The notes under the pieces are model-generated. The model was given only the letters and a program-made list of their open reading frames with translations. It searched no databases and was not told where the DNA came from. A program made the translations under genes and the position numbers. Below, piece after piece: positions 59,056-64,000 of a stretch of DNA of 64,000 nucleotides (position 1 is its first letter; each line of letters begins with the position of its first letter). This stretch comes from an uncultured cyanobacterium (lineage in GTDB: Bacteria > Cyanobacteriota > Cyanobacteriia > Pseudanabaenales > Pseudanabaenaceae), in the NCBI GenBank assembly GCA_963703315.1, contig OY969811.1, positions 3,168,001 through 3,232,000 of the forward strand, read 5' to 3'.

Positions 59056-60537
59056 CTAAACCAATTTGTCTAATATATTTTTAATTTCAGCCCAACCATC
59101 TGAAATTGTGTGGAAATCTTTCTCTGGTGTACGAATAGGTAAAGTTTCATACAATTCATTAAGTTGAGAAACATCTGCTCTAGAATTCCTTTTCATTATT
59201 GAAAATAATATTGCTGTTGCTAGTTTCTGGGCTACTTCTTCAGCTTGAAAGATTAATGTGTCATCATAAATCGAATTGCCATGTAAAAGATCATTTCTAA
59301 CTTTAATAAACATGGGCGTATCATCTGCATTCATATACTTTGCCCAATCAATGCTTAAATCATTAACAAAGAATCTAATTACCATTGAAAGAAATGGAGT
59401 TTTAGGTCTAATTTCTCTTAGCTTCCTGAAATCTCTGTCCCTTAAATTCAAAAGTGGATTAGTATTTGAGCTTTCGTTAACAATCTTCAGAAGACCATCC
59501 ATGTTTTGAAACCAAAAAGAATAAAAATACTCTATTGCAGAGCATGATGCCATTAACTTTAGTTCTACTGAAGATTCATAAACTGTTAGTTTTAAATGTT
59601 GTATCCCTCTACTAAGTTGCTTGTTTATAGGACAACATTCAAGAAAAGCAATGGCGTTGTTTAGAAAATTAATTCCTTGGTTAGAAGATGAATTACTGTT
59701 TTTTTGTATTTTCCTTCTTCCCCAAACAGGAATTATGTAGCCATCAATATATTTGGTGTGTGTGAAAATCGAATAATCATAGTAAATTGGGAGTATTTCA
59801 CAATCACAAATAATACTAAGAAATGCACAAGTATCGTTAAGAACATTTTCTAAGTGGCTTGCTATTTCAACATCCTTAGGGTCGTCAATACCTAAATTAT
59901 TTATTAATGGAAGTTTAACATCTATAAAGCTTAGCTTGTATAGAGTGTCAATATTATTATTGTAGAACACATTATGATTTTTATGGGCAATATACTTTTT
60001 CCCGCATCTAATGCTATATCCTGAATTTAAAGCGCAATATAAATTTTGTTCACCTATCAGATTATTACTTGTACGATTTTTCCTGCTAGGCATATTTTGA
60101 AATTCTGTAATAAAATACTTATCATGTAATGATACTTCGTCATTCAAATATGCTCTTAAACTAACAAAATGTTCAGAATCTTTTTGAATGGTTGACCTGA
60201 TTTTATTCTCTGAATAAGTTACAAATCTCACTACATCAAAATCTGTTGTACCATCATTAGAATACAAGGGTGGGATTGAGCAACCAATCAGTAATATGCT
60301 TTCTTGAATAATAATAAACTGCTGATGATCATCAATCATTTTTGTAGTGATTTCATGAATCTCGTTGTCAGAAATATCACTCCAAATTATCTTTACGCTA
60401 ATATCAACATAATCTGTAACAGTAAGATATAAACTAATTCTTATTAATTGAACGCAATCTTTCAATAACAACTTAGCATTTCCATGATAAGACCAATCTC
60501 CGGGGAAATCACCTGTTTTTATAGGAGTATGCATCAT
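59056..60537 (-). CDS. AT-rich hypothetical protein with a C-terminal HEPN-like motif (ApeA-like)
   Basis: SAIE...KVRNDLLHG (E...Rx4H); no HIP1 octamer seen; visibly AT-rich. Confidence 0.65.
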   Translation of the reverse strand: MMHTPIKTGDFPGDWSYHGNAKLLLKDCVQLIRISLYLTVTDYVDISVKIIWSDISDNEIHEITTKMIDDHQQFIIIQESILLIGCSIPPLYSNDGTTDFDVVRFVTYSENKIRSTIQKDSEHFVSLRAYLNDEVSLHDKYFITEFQNMPSRKNRTSNNLIGEQNLYCALNSGYSIRCGKKYIAHKNHNVFYNNNIDTLYKLSFIDVKLPLINNLGIDDPKDVEIASHLENVLNDTCAFLSIICDCEILPIYYDYSIFTHTKYIDGYIIPVWGRRKIQKNSNSSSNQGINFLNNAIAFLECCPINKQLSRGIQHLKLTVYESSVELKLMASCSAIEYFYSFWFQNMDGLLKIVNESSNTNPLLNLRDRDFRKLREIRPKTPFLSMVIRFFVNDLSIDWAKYMNADDTPMFIKVRNDLLHGNSIYDDTLIFQAEEVAQKLATAILFSIMKRNSRADVSQLNELYETLPIRTPEKDFHTISDGWAEIKNILDKLV

Positions 60538-60552
60538 ATTTTTTATTTTGAA

Positions 60553-60741
60553 TTAAATATTTAGAGCAATTTGATTAGTTGCTTCAACATTACATTGAGC
60601 TTCTCCTTTAGCTAGACCTTCGCGCAAAATTTCTTGATAGACTACAGACTCTTCCATGATCTCACTCCTGAGTAATCGTTGAATTACTTCATGCTCTAAT
60701 ACTAACCCAGAAATAATTGCTGTGGCAGCAGCGACATTACT
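60553..60741 (-). pseudogene. C-terminal remnant of an Rpn/DUF4351-type protein
   Basis: SNVAAATAIISGLVLEHEVIQRLLRSEIMEESVVYQEILREG...; no N-terminal nuclease domain upstream. Confidence 0.7.
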
Positions 60742-60844
60742 AAACTAACATTGCTTGGACTGGGGCAAAGATCGCGCATTTCGTCAAAAGCAATATCATA
60801 AGCCAAGCTATAATTTTTGCATAATTAGTAATCCCACTAAGCGT

Positions 60845-61129
60845 ATGACCACTTTAGAAATTCGTCATCAAATCGAAGAGTATATTGATTGCTTATCTTC
60901 TGAAGGATTAAAAGTAACCGTAGATTTTTTGGCATATCTTGCAGAACGGGAAAGCCAACAAGCAACAGATGAATTACTCAGTATTCCTGACTTTTTGGAA
61001 TCTTGGGAACAAGGTAAACAAGATATTGCTAAAGGTAATCTAACTAACTGGCGTAGTATTCGCGATGAGCAAGCTAAACAAGTTCGTATAACTAACATTG
61101 CTCATCGCAGTGACATATACGATCGCTAA
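60845..61129 (+). pseudogene. Antitoxin-like gene fused in frame to the C-terminal remnant of a RelE/ParE toxin
   Basis: MTTLEIRHQ...ATDELLSIPDF...TNWRSIR followed by DEQAKQVRITNIAHRSDIY, a RelE-like tail. Confidence 0.6.
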
Positions 61130-63102
61130 ACCGACATTGCTTGTACTGGTAAAGCGATCGCCCCCACGACTGGTAACTCACAACGATCTTGATACACGCT
61201 TAAATCAAACCAGAAAGTCGTACCCACACCAACCTCACTCTTAATATGAATCGCACTGTGGTGTTTTTCGATAATGTTGCGGACGATTGATAGACCTAAG
61301 CCAGTGCCTTCGAGAGTATGCACTTTATCCTCGACGCGGTAAAAACGATCAAATACGCGATCGCAATCTTCGGCAGGAATGCCACAGCCTGTATCTTCGA
61401 CTTCGACACGCACATAATTTACAGTGCGATGCGGCTGGGTCGTAGTTTGATCTTGCCAAGGATAAATCCGAATTGTGACTTTGCCCCCTGATTCGGTGAA
61501 CTTGAGCGCATTGCCAACAAGGTTAGATAAAACCTGCAAAATCAAATCATAATTGCCCCAAATTCTTTCTAGATTTGGCTCGATTTCATGGATAAGCTCA
61601 ATACCTTTTGAGGAAGCATTGAGTTTATAGGTGCGTACCGTTTGTTCGATGGTTTCGGACAGGTCGATCGCCGAGAAATGATATTGACGACCTGACTCTA
61701 GGCGAGAGAGATCTAGTACATCATTAACAAGGCGCGTCAGGCGATCGGTTTCATTATTGGCTGTACCAAGAAATTCTTTTTTCTGATCTTCGCTCAGTTC
61801 ATCACCATACTCATGCAAAGTCTCAATGAAAGACTTGATATTAAACAAAGGCGTGCGTAATTCATGACTGACATTGCTGATAAATCGACTCTGCGCCGCA
61901 TTTAGCTCCACCTCACGGGTGATGTCTTGGATCGTAATCGCAATCCCCTTAATGGCATTACTCGTACTAAGTACACTGGTAATCCAGATCCTAAAAGCAT
62001 GAGCTAACACCGAGTCCCCTTTATCCCCCGATGCCATGATCCGAAATTCTCCGCCTTCGCGATCGCCTGTGGCAATTTGCATCAGCGATCGCCCTAAATC
62101 CGCACTGAGACGCTCTGGCAAAATATTCAAAATGCTTTTGCATTTCCAGTCACCCTTTACAGGTTCTTGATCCCAACCCATAATCTTGATTGCCGCAGGA
62201 TTAGCCAGCACAATCCGCATATCTGAATCGAGTAACAACGCCCCATCAGCGATCGTTGATACCAGCGTTTCTAGCTTTGCCTTTTCCGCCGTTAGCTCCT
62301 CAATATTCTGCTCCTCATAAGTTTTCAACCTCTGTGCCATCTCATTAAAGCTACGAATTAATTCCCCTAATTCGCCACCAAAGGGCAGATCAATACGCTG
62401 CTTGAAATTACCACTCGCAATATTTTGTACCCCCGCCACCAATTCTCGCAGTGGTCGCGTAATTGTCACTGAGTTTGAGGCTGCCCCCAAAATTACCATT
62501 GCCCAAATTGACACAAATACTGCCGTCGTGACATCTAAGGTCAAGCTTGATGAAGCAACGGCGGTGGGATTTGGGTTAATCCCGATCGCAATAATCCCCA
62601 GAGCCGTGCCATCATGTTGCAAATTCACAAATATATCAGTAACCTCCCCCTGCGGTGTAATATGTTGACGCACCAAGGGGCGATCGGGACGCATTATTGG
62701 ATCTTCAGGTAACTGAATGCGTCGCCTGATACTTAGAGAGTTTTGCACCTCATTAGACGTAAACGGAATGCCATAAAAAATTTCCCCATCAGGATCGGCA
62801 TAGAGAATGTAGCGAATACTGGAACTACTATCGTAAAATTCTTTAGATAGACGAGTTAGTTCACCTAAGTCATTTTTGGCAACTAAGGGGGCAACATTAG
62901 CTGCAAGCAACAGTCCCAAATCTTTGCCAAAGCGCGTATCATTAAGGCGAGCATCGGTCTGAATATCGTTGACTGCCCAAAAGGTAACTGCACTCATCAG
63001 CAAAGATACTAACAGGGTGATCAGAGCCATTAGCTTGGTTTGCAGTGAAAACTCTGTCCACCAACGTCGGAATGTATTGTAAATTTGAAGCAAAAAGTTC
63101 AT
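61126..63102 (-). CDS. nblS: Sensor histidine kinase NblS/Hik33 (TM-HAMP-PAS-HisKA-HATPase)
   Basis: EFSLQTKLMA, DARLNDTRFGKDLGLLLA, SHELRTPLFNIKSFIETL, VHTLEGTGLGL. Start placed at ATG 63102. Confidence 0.92.
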   Translation of the reverse strand: MNFLLQIYNTFRRWWTEFSLQTKLMALITLLVSLLMSAVTFWAVNDIQTDARLNDTRFGKDLGLLLAANVAPLVAKNDLGELTRLSKEFYDSSSSIRYILYADPDGEIFYGIPFTSNEVQNSLSIRRRIQLPEDPIMRPDRPLVRQHITPQGEVTDIFVNLQHDGTALGIIAIGINPNPTAVASSSLTLDVTTAVFVSIWAMVILGAASNSVTITRPLRELVAGVQNIASGNFKQRIDLPFGGELGELIRSFNEMAQRLKTYEEQNIEELTAEKAKLETLVSTIADGALLLDSDMRIVLANPAAIKIMGWDQEPVKGDWKCKSILNILPERLSADLGRSLMQIATGDREGGEFRIMASGDKGDSVLAHAFRIWITSVLSTSNAIKGIAITIQDITREVELNAAQSRFISNVSHELRTPLFNIKSFIETLHEYGDELSEDQKKEFLGTANNETDRLTRLVNDVLDLSRLESGRQYHFSAIDLSETIEQTVRTYKLNASSKGIELIHEIEPNLERIWGNYDLILQVLSNLVGNALKFTESGGKVTIRIYPWQDQTTTQPHRTVNYVRVEVEDTGCGIPAEDCDRVFDRFYRVEDKVHTLEGTGLGLSIVRNIIEKHHSAIHIKSEVGVGTTFWFDLSVYQDRCELPVVGAIALPVQAMSV

Positions 63103-63183
63103 CTTTTTGTAGGCATTTGTTAGGTATTTGGATGGCTTTTCGTTTAATATGTGCGATCGAAACGCAAGGGTGAGGATCTCAAG

Positions 63184-64000
63184 ATGGATGAGGCTAGCAT
63201 TATCAGTGCGATACAGGCAGACCTTCAAAACTATAAGGTAAAAACCCAAATCCGCCGTAAAGAATCTCAATTACATATTCTGCTCACCAGATCTGATGGT
63301 GACGATCTTGACTATGCCTCCCTCTATGATATTGTGAAACGCCGTATTGATAAGCTAACTATCGAAGGGGCAGATAGTTTAGTTGTATATGGTAGATTGG
63401 CTGGGGCAAAACATCCCGAATGGCAAAAAAAAGCCGAGATTAAGCCGCCTTTGCCATTAATTGAACTTGACCTAGACGAATTAGAAGAATTTGACGATAT
63501 TGGCGAACTAGGCAATCTCACTTTTCCGACAGAAGAAGATGAGGATGAGAATCAGGTTAGGAATTTTGAACTAGAGATGCCTGATAATCTCAAAGACTTT
63601 AAGAATAGTATTGAAAATGATCTAAAAACTGCTACAAAAGCAGCTAATAATACTCAATTTAGCAACCGTAAGAATGAGAACTTTGATTTAGATAATCTAG
63701 ATCTACAGGAGCTACAACTTGATAATTTCAACCAAGATGCTTTTGATATCGATCCTTTTGAATTAAATAGTTCAGATCCTAATTACCTTTCTGCCGTAAA
63801 CAATAAAAAGGTTTGGCTAGAAGAAGATATCAGCTTAGATGCGCCTACTGTGGCAATACCACCAATGCCATTACCACCGCCACCACCCACCAGACGCATC
63901 AATAAGGTAGTTCCTGAGATCGAGGCAGAGCAAGAAACCGAAGATCCGTCTATGAAAACGACGACTATCCCTAAGTCATGGCTCTTGTCGGGTGCTGTGG
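63184..64000 (+). CDS. Hypothetical protein (acidic low-complexity middle, poly-Pro), runs off the window
   Basis: Open frame from ATG 63184: MDEASIISAIQADLQNYKVKTQIRRKESQLHILL...VYGRLAGAKHPEWQ...PPMPLPPPPPT. Confidence 0.75.
   Translation, partial: MDEASIISAIQADLQNYKVKTQIRRKESQLHILLTRSDGDDLDYASLYDIVKRRIDKLTIEGADSLVVYGRLAGAKHPEWQKKAEIKPPLPLIELDLDELEEFDDIGELGNLTFPTEEDEDENQVRNFELEMPDNLKDFKNSIENDLKTATKAANNTQFSNRKNENFDLDNLDLQELQLDNFNQDAFDIDPFELNSSDPNYLSAVNNKKVWLEEDISLDAPTVAIPPMPLPPPPPTRRINKVVPEIEAEQETEDPSMKTTTIPKSWLLSGAV

Noticed and set aside
60755..60844. TTG-started extension of the antitoxin ORF
   Set aside because: The antitoxin-like sequence starts at ATG 60845; the upstream part looks like promoter DNA (TATAAT near 60809).
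1635..62668. Numerous short ORF-track entries overlapping or antisense to long genes (e.g. 1635..1970, 7489..7920, 30347..30721, 41808..42251, 49392..49865, 62402..62668)
   Set aside because: They are shadow frames of well-supported genes and show no recognisable motifs.
63103..63270. N-terminal extension of nblS given in the ORF track
   Set aside because: It overlaps the divergent ORF starting at 63184, and recognisable NblS sequence begins near ATG 63102.
1..64000. CRISPR array, tRNA or rRNA
   Set aside because: No regularly spaced direct repeats with unique spacers and no recognisable structural RNA genes; the repeats are dispersed palindromes.

Overview
This is a cyanobacterial chromosomal window. 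The very dense HIP1 octamer GCGATCGC and genes such as rpaA, nblS, petJ and patA support that call; the style resembles Pseudanabaena, but the genus is my inference. Most of it is core or signalling genes: a patA-cheY-cheY-cheW-MCP-cheA-cheW motility cluster, an MHYT kinase, a porin plus phoX with a Pho-box candidate, petJ-sodC with two metal-handling-like genes, asnB, sds, rpaA, an aminopeptidase P, hflX, cbiX, a PAS-GGDEF-EAL protein, nnr, glyA and nblS. Mobile DNA comprises two identical IS701-like copies inserted independently just upstream of the motility operon, one IS1634 nested in a MITE-like repeat, and many intergenic palindromic or REP-like repeats that appear modular. The leads most worth checking are: (1) a putative PetR (copper-starvation) cluster, petJ-sodC-hypothetical-DsbD_2/ferric-reductase fusion; (2) a Cys-less AhpD-fold protein paired with a GAF adenylate cyclase behind an NtcA-like box; (3) an AT-rich islet with a HEPN-motif protein among decayed toxin-antitoxin and Rpn modules; (4) 'shell plus cargo' repeats sharing a GNA/ANA triloop; (5) a probable non-canonical ATC start for hflX. 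I saw no rRNA, tRNA or CRISPR array. All family calls come from motif recognition by eye, with no database search.
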